Below are positions 39,058 through 50,900 of a DNA stretch of 64,000 nt, one piece after another (the first letter of the stretch is position 1; each line of letters starts with the position of its first letter). The notes below the pieces were generated by a model. It had not been told where the DNA came from, searched no databases, and was given only the letters and a program-made list of their open reading frames with translations. Source of the DNA: Tubiluchus corallicola. Lineage: Eukaryota; Animalia; Priapulida. Location of the stretch: positions 17,917-81,916 of the forward strand of contig JAQGDQ010000904.1 of NCBI GenBank assembly GCA_030141605.1. Reading direction: 5' to 3'. Made by a program: the position numbers and the translations under genes.

Positions 39058-42000
39058 TTAAGAAATTTGTCCACAGTCTGCAATCGTGATCTTTTTCGTA
39101 GTTTTCCCGCTAGGTGTACCAAAACCTTCAATGGTTTTAACTACATCCATGCCATCAGTGACTTTACCAAATACGACGTGTTTACCATCTAGCCTACAAA
39201 AATAATTAGCACAATATCGAATTAATTACGAGAATTACTCCATTCCTTGCGGCGATTCGGGTATTAAATTAGTTTACACTGTCTTGAAAGATGGCTAGTC
39301 TACATGACGACGATAACAATGATGGTGATGATTGCGGAGACGATAATGATCACGACGATGATAATGGCGATGGTAATACATGTATACATATATGTTCCAA
39401 TTATATAAGATTCAATTATTGTTCTATATACACATACAGATATATATACAATTATATAGAACAATAATTGAATCTTATCTACATAACAAAATATTCACAT
39501 AATGAATCCCTTTAATCAATACTGGGCCATAATAAGTTTTGCAAAATGCCAACCAAAAACACCAAAAAGAAATTACTACATGTAACTACTAAAAGTGCCA
39601 TCAAAGAGAACTTTTAGGCACTAAATCAACAGTAGTTAAGATGACTAAATAACAAGAAAACCAGTAAAGTTAGTATCCTGAAAACTTTAACAGTCCAACT
39701 TGATCGCTCTTTTGACACACAACATTAGGGCAGCCTCGAAAAATCACGTGTTAGATCGTTGAACGCGAAGTTCAAAATGCCGAATTTAGAAATTGCTAAT
39801 TTTTGTGTTTCTTCGCCTATGTCCAACAATAGTAAGCTTACTGAAGATTCCTACTACCGAAAAATTGTCCCCTAACACTGACGTCCTGATGTTCTTGTAG
39901 GCCGTTAATTAAGTTCTCAAGCTGATATTTACTAAAAGAAACATTTCAGTGATTATTATAGAAATAAAACGTATCTTTAGGTCATAGGCGAAATTGAACC
40001 AGGCCTAGAGCCAGAAAATATGTTTTGTTTTCCTTTAATTTGACTCTCATTTTAGTGCCGCAAGGATCCTCTATCGTTCTGTTATACAGCTGCTCATTTG
40101 AAATACATGTGCAAATAATATAGCCATTTTCTTTTTAAGATTTGGCTGATTTTCTTAAGCAGACCTCTGTGGAACACATTTATATCTATTTGCTGAGTTG
40201 TAGTCAAGCCACATTTCACTGTTGTACATGAAAAAGCTGATAAAGCTAAATAATTTTGCTATATTTACAAGTGCATAAAAAGGGGGTTAGTGCAGATTTC
40301 GGAAAACCGTTACAATGAACTTTTTTTCAAAGGCGAACATGTCTGACTCAGACATTCTACAGTTCAACCAAGAGATAACTCATAAAGACAAAAACTATAT
40401 TTTCATTAAAACACTATCATAATTAAGCAGTTTTACCAGTCAGTTTTTACGCTGCAAATGAAAAACTGGGAGCCGTTTGTGTTTGGACCTGCATTAGCCA
40501 TTGAAAGTATGCCTGCAAAACAAAGGAAGTTTAGCTTGCCAATGTGTTACCAGGTAATATGTTACAAATTATACAAAGGCATCTACTTTCAATATACTAG
40601 TCTAAATCGGAAATGTTTAATAAATAATTTACTTGCATTTTCATACAAAAAATGTAAAACAAGAAAAGGAAATTGCGCTGTTTCCAAGCCATTTTTTCTT
40701 TAACAATAATGCCGATTTTCATACTTATACTGATTAATTACATTCCCAGTAACTTGAACATCAACGGAACAGCGACTTTTAGAAAACGTTAACATTTTTC
40801 GTAAACCATGCGGCTTTAAAGGACAAGGAAAGGGGTACCTGAAATAGGTTTCAGAAAAATCGCCTTAAAAATTATGTTACTTTACAGCAGTTTTATGCGT
40901 ATATAGTACTCGTGTTGAAAGGAATTTTTCTTTGTTTTCATTTTAAATCTCCGCAATATTGTTCCTACGGCGCCATTACATGACGTCACTACACAAACGT
41001 AAATAAGGATAAAAAAAGGCAATGTTTCAAATGCTCCAAGGGTTATGTCCCAAAAAACTTTCTGTGCAAATCTATATTACTTAGCATTTCGCTTACCTGA
41101 TGGAAAGACTTATCAAACATTCTACCATAAAAATGGCTGCGCCTAACGGTGATCGCGGGAGTTTAAATTTACACGTTTTATACAGCGTTACGCTGATGCA
41201 AGCTTTGCACGAACAAATGTAGTATCTAAGTGGTATAAAATTTCGAGACGAATTTTTTATGTTTGGTGTAAGTGGAGGGTTTTCTTGTGCTTTAAATATT
41301 TTAGTAGGTTTCTCAGTTCTGCATGTTTACAGGAAATCCTACTAGTTTAGATGGGGAACAGACTTCACCAAAGTCTGTTTCTCTACTACACATTGTCAGA
41401 AAAAATTAAGCGCTGCATCGGATCAGCCGACGATGCATGGCAAGGTACGAAGTCTATGCATGACGTCGAGAAGGCTTCACGAAGTTATGACTGTGTTATC
41501 TCGGCAGGTGTATGAAATGTGTTTTCGTTGGAGAATTCAATTGTTTATTTGAAATCTAATTGAGTCGTTGCGTTTTATTGCTACTATGACAGCAGAGCCG
41601 AATTGCAATTTTCCATATCTTCGCAAGTATGGTAAGCTATCCGCATAAATTTTAACTGAAAGATTTAACTAAAGGCTAGCATTAAAAAGAAGAAGCATTT
41701 TGATAATTATGACTTAAATTAATTATGACGTAAACCACTGACTTAAAAAACCATTGACAAAGAGTTAAATTTTCCTTTATATATACCTGGCTCTTCATGT
41801 TTGAGCGTAAAATTTTCATCTGCAAATGTAGCTCCATATATGCTCTTTCCGCCAGTACCATTATTATTAGTAAAGTCACCACCTTGACACATGAATTTTG
41901 GTATTACTCGATGAAATGTGCTGCTCTTGAAACCAAACCCGTTTTCGTAAGTACACAATTGCCTAAAATTCTCTGAAAATTTTTTAAACTTGTGTTACTG

Positions 42001-42422
42001 CTGCAAGCTTCGAAAGATCTTCTGGAAACTGAACAAAATTAGAACGGGAGCATTAATAGGTCCTATGTGCTAGGGTCCGGCACACCCTACTTGTCATTTC
42101 TTTCAAAGTTAAAGGCTTCCATAATTAAATCATGAGAAGCGTTTAATGTTGCCATACATCTGTATTTTGTTGTAAAAATTGATTACGCAATGTCAGGGCT
42201 CTGTTACTATCCGTGCAATGACCAACGGTATCTCCACGCAAAGTTTCACACTCCTACGATGAAAAGTGTGGCCTGCGACAGCCTTCAATAAATGTGCCGA
42301 CAACAACACGAGAAAGCTTCAGCAACCAAAAAGTTAAAGAAAAGGAAAATTCAATCTTTCATTAGATATATTAGAAATATTGGGAAAATAAATAGTGTTA
42401 AAACAATTCTCAATAATGTGTG

Positions 42423-42466
<44 letters not shown>

Positions 42467-44197
42467 TACGTATGTATGTATGTATGTATGAATGTATGTA
42501 TGTATGTATGTATGTATGTATGTATGTATGTATGTATGTATGTATGTATGTATGTATGTATGTATGTATGTATGTATGTATGTATGTATGTATGCATGTA
42601 TGTATGTATGTATGTGTGTGTGTGTATCATGGCAGATCATATGTAAAATTATTTAGAGAATAATAATGAGAACTCATGTTAAACATTATAATTATATGTT
42701 ACAAAAGACAAAATGTGAAAAGACATTTTACAGAGTGCCAAAAAACCAGGTAGTGTCTAACGAATATATGTATAGCGAAAAATTGTATAGACAAAGCAAA
42801 TGCGTATGCTATGAATGTAATTTTCATAAGCATTTTGCATAATACCAATTTTTATTTAAGAAATGCAAGAAATAAGTAATGTTTCAACTTGTTTGCAAAT
42901 AAATTTGTGTTGTTTTTTGAGGCCAAAATACGTGAAAAAAACATGAAACACAGTTTATCCTTCTAAAACAAAATCAAAAAGAAACAAAAAATTAAGTACA
43001 TGACTGAAACGGGGCCATCTAATTAGCTTGTAATCCCTAAAATACAGAGACGTAGTGGTTGAAATGTAGAGATCTAGTTGCATTATTTAAACCACAGTAA
43101 AGAGACAAAATCGCAAAAAGCAACAAACGAGAGTGTTTATATAGCAACATTGTTCATAAATCACCCTATATAATAATATAATAGTATACGGCACGTCCCC
43201 AAGTTTATGTCATTAATGAATCGAGTGCATTGGTAGCATCTATTAGTACGTCATAATGAATTTAGTTACCACGGTAATTATTCCAGTGTCATCTATGCTA
43301 TTCGTAAAAACAAAGTGAGGATATTATGGTAAGTCACTTTTGAAATCGCTTCCACCAGAGCAAAAGACCTCTCTAATGTACCAGATCCTTCGCAAGTTTG
43401 CCATAATGTGATTTATAAAAATTACATAATAGAACAATCCCTCATCCAAGAAGTGTATGCGTTATAGATAAAATCGGTTTATTTTGTTTTCAACGCACCC
43501 GTTTATCAGATCTGCGTTATTTTCTTCCGCAGTTGGATAACGCATACTGCATTCCGGATGCCTCCATGGTAAACGTTACTTTAGAGTTTAGACTATAAAT
43601 TTTAAGGGCTAGGTTATAAGTCACTATCACACTATTAAATGTTCTCAATCTTGCGACTATGTAGTTGCTTATGTTATGACCGTATAAAGGGAACATTAAC
43701 ATTTAAATTAAAACCACTCCATCTTACCTGCTGTTTTAGGAACGACATCAGGCCGCAGCTAAAAGGAAACAAAGACCAATATTAACATATGAGCATCATA
43801 AAGTCATGAAATATAAGCCCTAATTTTCTGTCGATCAACATTTCTAGAAACTGCAGGCGAGGCCTTTCTAGGCGTATAGTGACTAAGGCAGTACCGATAT
43901 GCTCAAGTCTCGAGTCTTATTTGTGTGATAATTCTCATTACTTAGCTACAGTTAAACAAAGACGTTATGTACGTTAATTTAATATTTTTAGATGATAACT
44001 GATATGAAAACAACTAATTTGCACCTCGAATCACACTATTAACTCCATTTGCAGTCTAGTAGTAGACACCTACTATATTTGTAACTAATACATATATAGT
44101 ATTTGTAAATTTCTCTCACCTCCATAGTTATTCTTCCAATGGGCACCCCGTCTGCTGTCATATCAAAATAAACCACAGGCCTTGCAGTTGCAGCCAT
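39058..44197 (-). CDS. PPIA: Cyclophilin A-type peptidyl-prolyl isomerase, paralog 2, 168 aa
   Basis: Exons 44197-44120, 43758-43728, 41972-41787, 40512-40437, 39193-39058 (507 nt). Same intron positions as paralog 1; intact motifs. Confidence 0.96.
39405..39478. repeat. Perfect 26-bp inverted repeat with a 22-nt spacer
   Basis: ataagattcaattattgttctatata / tatatagaacaataattgaatcttat. Confidence 0.95.
40816..41295. mobile_element. Kolobok-like non-autonomous DNA element
   Basis: TTAA at both ends; imperfect TIR AGGACAAGGAAA / AGCACAAGAAAA; its ends match those of an inverted relative at 53015-53509. Confidence 0.65.
42417..42625. repeat. (TG)n(TGCG)n(TATG)n compound microsatellite
   Basis: Directly visible; explains four spurious ORFs. 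Confidence 0.97.
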
Positions 44198-44525
44198 GTG
44201 TTATACGGCAAAAAACTTTTAGTAAACTAGTAATTATATAAAAATTACTGAATTTTAGATACGATCAAGCTAGATAGATGTTCCTACCTGCATGCCTATC
44301 ATGAATTTGTTAACTGTAAAAGTTGTTGTGCTAAGCAACAACGAAAGTATAAAGAAATGCGTCACATCCTTTGTGACGGCTGGGCAACGTGTAAACATGT
44401 AACACGTAAACCTGAAACTTTCAGAATAACATTATAGAGCGATTAACAAATTAAAAGTTAATTGCGCTCTTTACTCCGCCTTTTTTTCCACACGCTGTGT
44501 GGTGAAGCCTAGTTCTGCCGGATTT

Positions 44526-44743
44526 AAGTGGCGTTTATGTAGCAATTGGACGCGGATGCGTTTTGGTGGGTGCGGATAGATAAAATCGGTTTATTTTGTT
44601 TTCAATACACCTGCTTGTGCAGCCCGCATATGCGTTATTCTTTTTCTGCAGCCATTTGCTATTGATCTTTTCTGCAGGCTATTCCGCAGACTGTTCAACG
44701 TAGGAAAACGCATCCGCATGCGCATTCTACTTAAACGTCACTT
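44526..44743. mobile_element. MITE; truncated relative at about 43465-43585
   Basis: TIR aagtggcgtttatgtag / ctacttaaacgtcactt; the internal gataaaatcggtttattttgttttcaa also occurs at about 43467. Confidence 0.7.
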
Positions 44744-44879
44744 TAGACGCGTCATTCTTTCATCAAAATAGCGAGGCACTGAAAAGGATGTCGAAAAAGA
44801 AAGTGTACGGTTTTTGAAATTGCCAAACAGAGTGGTGGTCCCCTGAATTCCAGTGTACTTACAATTTCAAAATATTTAT

Positions 44880-45163
44880 TTCACAGTAGTCACTAACAAT
44901 TTATATGGTTTATATGTTGGCTGATTTATAAATTTTCACCCAAGTGTCTTTTTCTGCTTATTGGTTGTGATTTTACAAACTTGTACTAACCTGTAGGGCA
45001 TCTTCTTATAAGTCGCTGTCGTAAAGTTTAAAGTAATTGTGATTTTGTGCAACGGATTTTTTGTGCCTTGTTAGCACAGGTTGCTCCAGCGCCTTTAAAT
45101 TCTTACTATTTAGTTGTGCATTACTACTTTGTTAAGCACAAATAAAATTCATTCATTCATTCT
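44880..45163 (+). mobile_element. Probable LINE/SINE 3'UTR remnant
   Basis: T-rich stretch ending aataaa + (attc)n tail; the 5' boundary is a guess. Confidence 0.35.
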
Positions 45164-47128
45164 TAGAATAAGTTTTGCCCTAAAAAGTCATTTCTACGTT
45201 AAGTTCTGACTCTGCGTTGACAACAAGCTCCGCATGCAAGAAGTCCGCTTACAAAATGACTGACTGGCACATTAAGCAAATAGTATAGCTCCTCATTCGC
45301 TCCACCTCCAAGATGCCAAATTAGAAATGATTCATGATATATGCTGATAATAGGTCCACATGGCCAAGTTCTAAAGCTCTAATTAAACTAGAGAAGCTAC
45401 TTAAGTGATCTAGTTCCAACTTTGCTCCGCCTCTGAGATACCAAAGTGTTTTCCATATCAAATTATTATGCTAAATATAAAACATGTAACGTAATAATGA
45501 AATACACACAACATTATAACTATTATTATAATTCTTTATTTTTATATAAACGATTTACAGTATAGATTCCCTCTATTTGCAGGAATATGTTTTAAAATTG
45601 CTAAAAGCATTTACAATCATTAAACATATTAACATAAAGATAATTTTAGAGTCTAACACATTACACACAATGAAAGACAACGATCGTATACAATAAACAT
45701 AATTTGTAATTATAACACATCATAACATACATACACAATCAAAAATAACGAGCATATATATCATTATATAATATACAACATCAGTAACTAGATAATAAGT
45801 AAAACTGATAACGATTTGAAATAAAGATGAAGAAAATACCCATGCGTATATTTTCTCTGATTCACAATAGACTCTGAATCACATTCTGCAAAACCGTACC
45901 TAAAGCAAAGTATGCGGCCTATATGTTATCTCGAGTCGTGTTAAAGTAAAACACCCCTATTAACTTAAAATGTACTAATCTTACTTGAATGGAATTCGAA
46001 AATTCCGCGTTCTGATTGCCCCAAAGTTTGAATATCCACCTGTTTTCACCTGCAAAGTCTGTTTCCTTGAGTTCACTGGTTGCTGGTGTTTGCAACGCCA
46101 AGGCAAGGCTAAGACACGGCAACGCCAACACAAACAGGACAAGCCCGCACCCGCCCTTCCAGGACTTGTCTTCCAACTGTTTCGGCGTAATGTGAGGGTG
46201 TGGTGAGCCTTCATGTGTAGATTCGTTTTCTGCGTTTTTTTTGTGTTTAGCTAGCTAATTGTTTCGGTTATACGAAGAAAACTCCATTTGACAGTAACAT
46301 TTTAGTTTTTACAAAATTAGTAGGATTTTGGTCGGGCCTTATACCGTTCTTTTAAAGCTGGTGAATGTCTCCCAGTTGCTTGGTTTGTTAGTTTCGTTTC
46401 AGGATGTCGATCTCGAACCGTGCCCTCTCGCGCACCGATAGTACTGATTCAAACCGTTCAAACCGTTCTAAGCCCCTGGCGACGGGAACCCGACGGCGGA
46501 ACAATAACATTAAGAATTTGGGTTGGGATGGTGCAGTGCTCCCTTCTTCGATCGGCTTCCAACTCACACCGAATATACCCACCTCCAAATTTACCACATA
46601 CAATGTTGTTGACAATAACAAAAACAACAAAGAAAGTCAGTAGGAAATTCTAATTTAGAATTTTCTTTGAAAACTTGTTAAAGAAAGATAACAACCATTG
46701 CTGTTTTATAAAACGTAACCATCTTGTAACGTTACCTGTCTGAAGGCAGATTTCTTTTATTTTAGAATTCTGCCTGCCCAATATCTATAATAGACGTGAA
46801 GGGCGTATGATGATGATCTTGTGATGCAACCACCTAGCGGTTTAACCCTTGCGGGCACGGCATTGCGCAAGCGTACAAAGTAGTATTGGTAGTTTTGCTT
46901 TTATTTTCGCTGCCTGTCAACAGATGCCGCGCTAGCGCAACTGAGGCTTGAGTATGAACATGGCAGGCGTCTTGTACGTGTACTTCGAATAAATGTTAGA
47001 TTAAATTCAAAATCACAAAAAACTGTGTACAGATTACCAGAAAAAATAATAAACTAAGATCTAACGATCGAGCGAATAGAGGAAAGCATGTAATCTATGA
47101 AATCATGAAAGCGCAGGTAAAATAAATA

Positions 47129-47649
47129 GGCAGTGGCTAGAGGTACGGATCCGTACTCGTCTTTTCTGCGATACGGATCCTTATTCGTAGCTATTTTTGC
47201 AGCAAATACAGATCCGTACTACCCCTTTCCTAATGTTATGTTCCAGACGATTGTTTTTCGGGTTTACTGCACTGTCTGGCTCAGCAGTTTCTATAGTCTG
47301 CACGTATATTTTCAGAAAAGGATGGCTTGCTTTTAAAAATTGCTTTACCCTATTTCTTTTGATATAACTTTACAAGTTTCAAATATTTTTCATTGTGATT
47401 CAGTTTTAAAAACCATATTGATATCATTTGTGCGTACATTTGCTTAGCAGTGTCAAGCTGATTCAAGCCTTGTGCGACGATCCGTGTTTTTCCTTTAATA
47501 TCTTTCGCGATATGGCGATCCCGATTTTCTCGTCATTATCTATCGCGGTACGAATCGATCCGTATTTTCTAGTGAATGCTTTCGAGACACGGATCCATGT
47601 TTTTAGTTGCTGCAATTCCGGATACGGATCCATACCTCTAGTCACTGCC
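47129..47649. mobile_element. MITE with 27-bp TIRs and a probable 9-bp TSD
   Basis: ggcagtggctagaggtacggatccgta / tacggatccatacctctagtcactgcc (2 mismatches); flanks aaataaata / aaataaatt; internal gatccgt/cggatcc subterminal repeats. Confidence 0.85.
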
Positions 47650-47977
47650 AAATAAATTACTAGTATAAAGTTCATTAGACTGAATTAGGTGCTAGTAAAA
47701 TATAATAGGAAGACTTACAATGTACAAGCTGCAGGGGTTACAGCAACCCGTCTAATATCAGACACTTCGACTGCTGGCGGTCGCTGTGCTTCGTGGCACC
47801 GTGTAGGGCTTGAATCAAGGCCCCCATGTACTAGTACCAGCCATTTTGTTCATATCAGCAAAATGGTGACCATGCATGGGCAACAAAGCTGTTTAGACTG
47901 GGGCCTTACTACGCCTTAGTTGAGAGTAATAATTGCCTTCTGCCAATTTTTATTGTTTCTCTGCAGCTATAGGAGCC

Positions 47978-50900
47978 ATGCTAAACCTAAATACAATCTT
48001 TGTAGCCTTTCGATCATTTTCTTCCTTTTCAGATGGTAAATTTGGACTGTGCTTATTTAATTCCATTCACTTATATTTTGTTTAGGTTAACTTGACATGA
48101 TCACATTTGGTTTAATGACTTAATTAAGGTCAAAAAGTGCTTATCTTATTCTATGAATGCTTTTTAATTATATTGTAATTGTTGTGTTAAAACCAATTTT
48201 GATAAATTATAAATTTATAATGTTTCAGGATTTGCTGTGATGTTTAGGGCACGCCCTGATTTGTTTACATGGGATGCTGAGCAAGGCTGTGGTCCCGCTA
48301 AGGTGCCAGAGTTTTTTTCTGGATGCAACGAAGATGTAAAGCTGTATGGCTACAAAGATATACCTCAATTTCTGAAAGGGAACCCATATATAACTGATGG
48401 TTATAGAGCATATTTGTCGCCAGTCCTTATTGCAAAAAGGTTTCCAGACAAATTTAAATCACTATCACTAAATTTGTGTTGATTAAATTTTTTTGTTCAG
48501 TGTATAGGTGGTCCGAGTATTTGTTCAATGTATAATTCGTAATTTTATTGCTGCTTTTCATTATAAGCAGAAATGATTGCTATATTATATAACTCATTTA
48601 TAAAATTATTGAAATGCTTATTTTATTTTTTGTTTCAGTCTATTTTTGTGGTCCAATGAAAGCATCAACATTTGGAGTCATGTCATTGGATTTGTTCTGT
48701 TCTTCGTTTTGATGATCTATGACACCTTCGTTGCTGTTCCTGATTTTGGAGGTGGTGCATCAGATGTGCTGGTCCTTTGTCTAGCTATGACATCCTTTCA
48801 GGTACTAGCTCCTATACTAAATGAAAGTCAGATTCAGGAGTGTTGTTGCTCAGATTCAGGAGTGTTGTTGCTTCATTATGAAAACATGTAAACTTGTTAT
48901 CTGTTAGGCCTGTAATGATACATCAATGTATCGATGCGTCATGATTTCTTTTTTGTGCTGTTTCTGATTTTGGAGGTGGTGCATCAGATGTGCTGGTCCT
49001 TTATCTAGCTATGACCCTTTCAGGTTGGTGAAAAATATTCAGCAAATTAACTTGACCATGTGCTGATAAAAACAACGTGAAGTAATTCAAGCTGTAACTG
49101 TAGAATATACTGTAGATGCGCATCAATCAGTGTATTAAAAAGTAGTTAACCTGACAAAGGCGTTGCTAGCAGTGGTTGAAAATGCAATTTTTTTAATAGA
49201 ATGCTAACTATGTTGTTTGCATATGAACTTGTGAAATGACAAACATGAGCCAGAAAAGGTACCAGCAACAATAAAGTATTGATTAGTAAAGTAAGTAGTA
49301 AAAGCTTTTCTGTTAGCTTACAATGCAAACAATAGCCTATACATTGCACAAGTAATGAATAAAAATCAAATAGTTTGTCTAACTGACGAGATTGGATCAA
49401 TTAAATGTAGTGTAGTAGCAAATGATGCCCAAACTACACGAACTCTCCCTGTACATGCTATGTGTTCCCCCATGCAAAAGCTAACCAACAAAAGTGCCAG
49501 CAGCACATGATTATCCCTTTTTTTTCATATTTTTCTGAGTGTCATCACTGAAAAGTCATCAGGCTGGCTATGCACAGAATCTACCAGTGTCAGAATCTGC
49601 AGTTTCTGTAAATGTACAAATTGTGCTTGTAATGTTGAAGAAACCGCAAATGTAAGAGGTCTCCCTGTCTTACATGTATAAATTTAAGTGCGCACAGTAA
49701 TTTGAAATTTTCTGATGACGTTATGGTATTCAATCAGCTTGTGTTACAACTTGTCAAATTATTCAAGTATCAGAGATTAACAAAAAATTGAAAAGCATGT
49801 GGGAGTTCATCACCACTGACTTTACACAAAAACTGGGACTTGCATATATCATAATCTGAGCAAGTGTCTAGTGAACAAGGAATGGCAGCCTCTAGTGTTA
49901 TATATAAGGTTGTGCACTTTTGTAATTCTTTTGTCTTGTTGCCATTGCTGCTATACTTTGTTTAAAGGACAATTGTGTAGACGTTAATTTAAAATGAAGT
50001 GTGCTCTAAAATATTGAAAAGCACAACAATATTTTAAACCAAAGCTTAGATTAAATAATAATTACTTCAGATAGTTAAATTTTGTTAAACTTTCAAAACT
50101 ACGTGTGGCTCAGCAAATCCACTAACACTGGCAATGGCGCCCTTTTGTCACATCCGATTCGCCGACTAATAGGCCCGGTAGCATGATAAGCATGTCATGA
50201 ATTGTAGTGTTCGTCTATGATGTAGAGCCCATTTTCATGGCATCACATCTTCCAGTAATCTTCGCTTATGCAAATCTTGACGCGTAGGGAAGTTGCCTAC
50301 CATTGCACAAATTGTGGTTAGTTTGTGATGTAAGCGATAGTTGTTTTCGGTTGCCAAACTAACTTTCCAAGCTAAATAAGAAACAATTGCTAATTTTTGT
50401 AGGCAAAAAATGTATATTTTGGACAGTAAATTAAAATGAGATATTGTCCGGTTTTCCTTTAAATCATGGGTTCATACTTGCTCCATATCTGAAAAGCTTT
50501 CATTTTTAACTTTTTGTAGAAGTTCAAGTAACTTCCCTGATCATTATCTTTTTTTGCCAGGTGTGCATGTTCTGCTCTGCATTTTATCATCTTGTACATT
50601 GCCATTCAGAGACAGTTTGTAAGCGATGGCTGATGTTCGACATGACGGGTGTATCGGTTGCCTTGCTGGGTGTCTATCTTCCTGGGACCTATTATGCTTT
50701 TTACTGTATGCAGGTGAATCATATACTTAAGTTCTGAGATTGTCAGTATGAATGCTATAATTTGTATATGACTGTGTTGGCTTCTAGTGAAGGGTTCAGT
50801 CTATATTAGATAACCTACAAAACTGTAATCAGCTAAGCTCAACTCCGTGATCAATCAGAATTTTCTGTCCACTTACCTACATTTATTTTGCCTCAACTCG

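Noticed and set aside
42292-42663. Four ORFs with CMYV/HTYI repeats
   Set aside because: Translations of the (TATG)n microsatellite.
45985-46650. 7SK, SRP, RNase P/MRP or telomerase RNA; selenoprotein via TGA read-through
   Set aside because: I could not find the diagnostic motifs (template CTAACCCT, 7SK terminal pairing, P4 helix, SECIS); kept only as an unexplained island.
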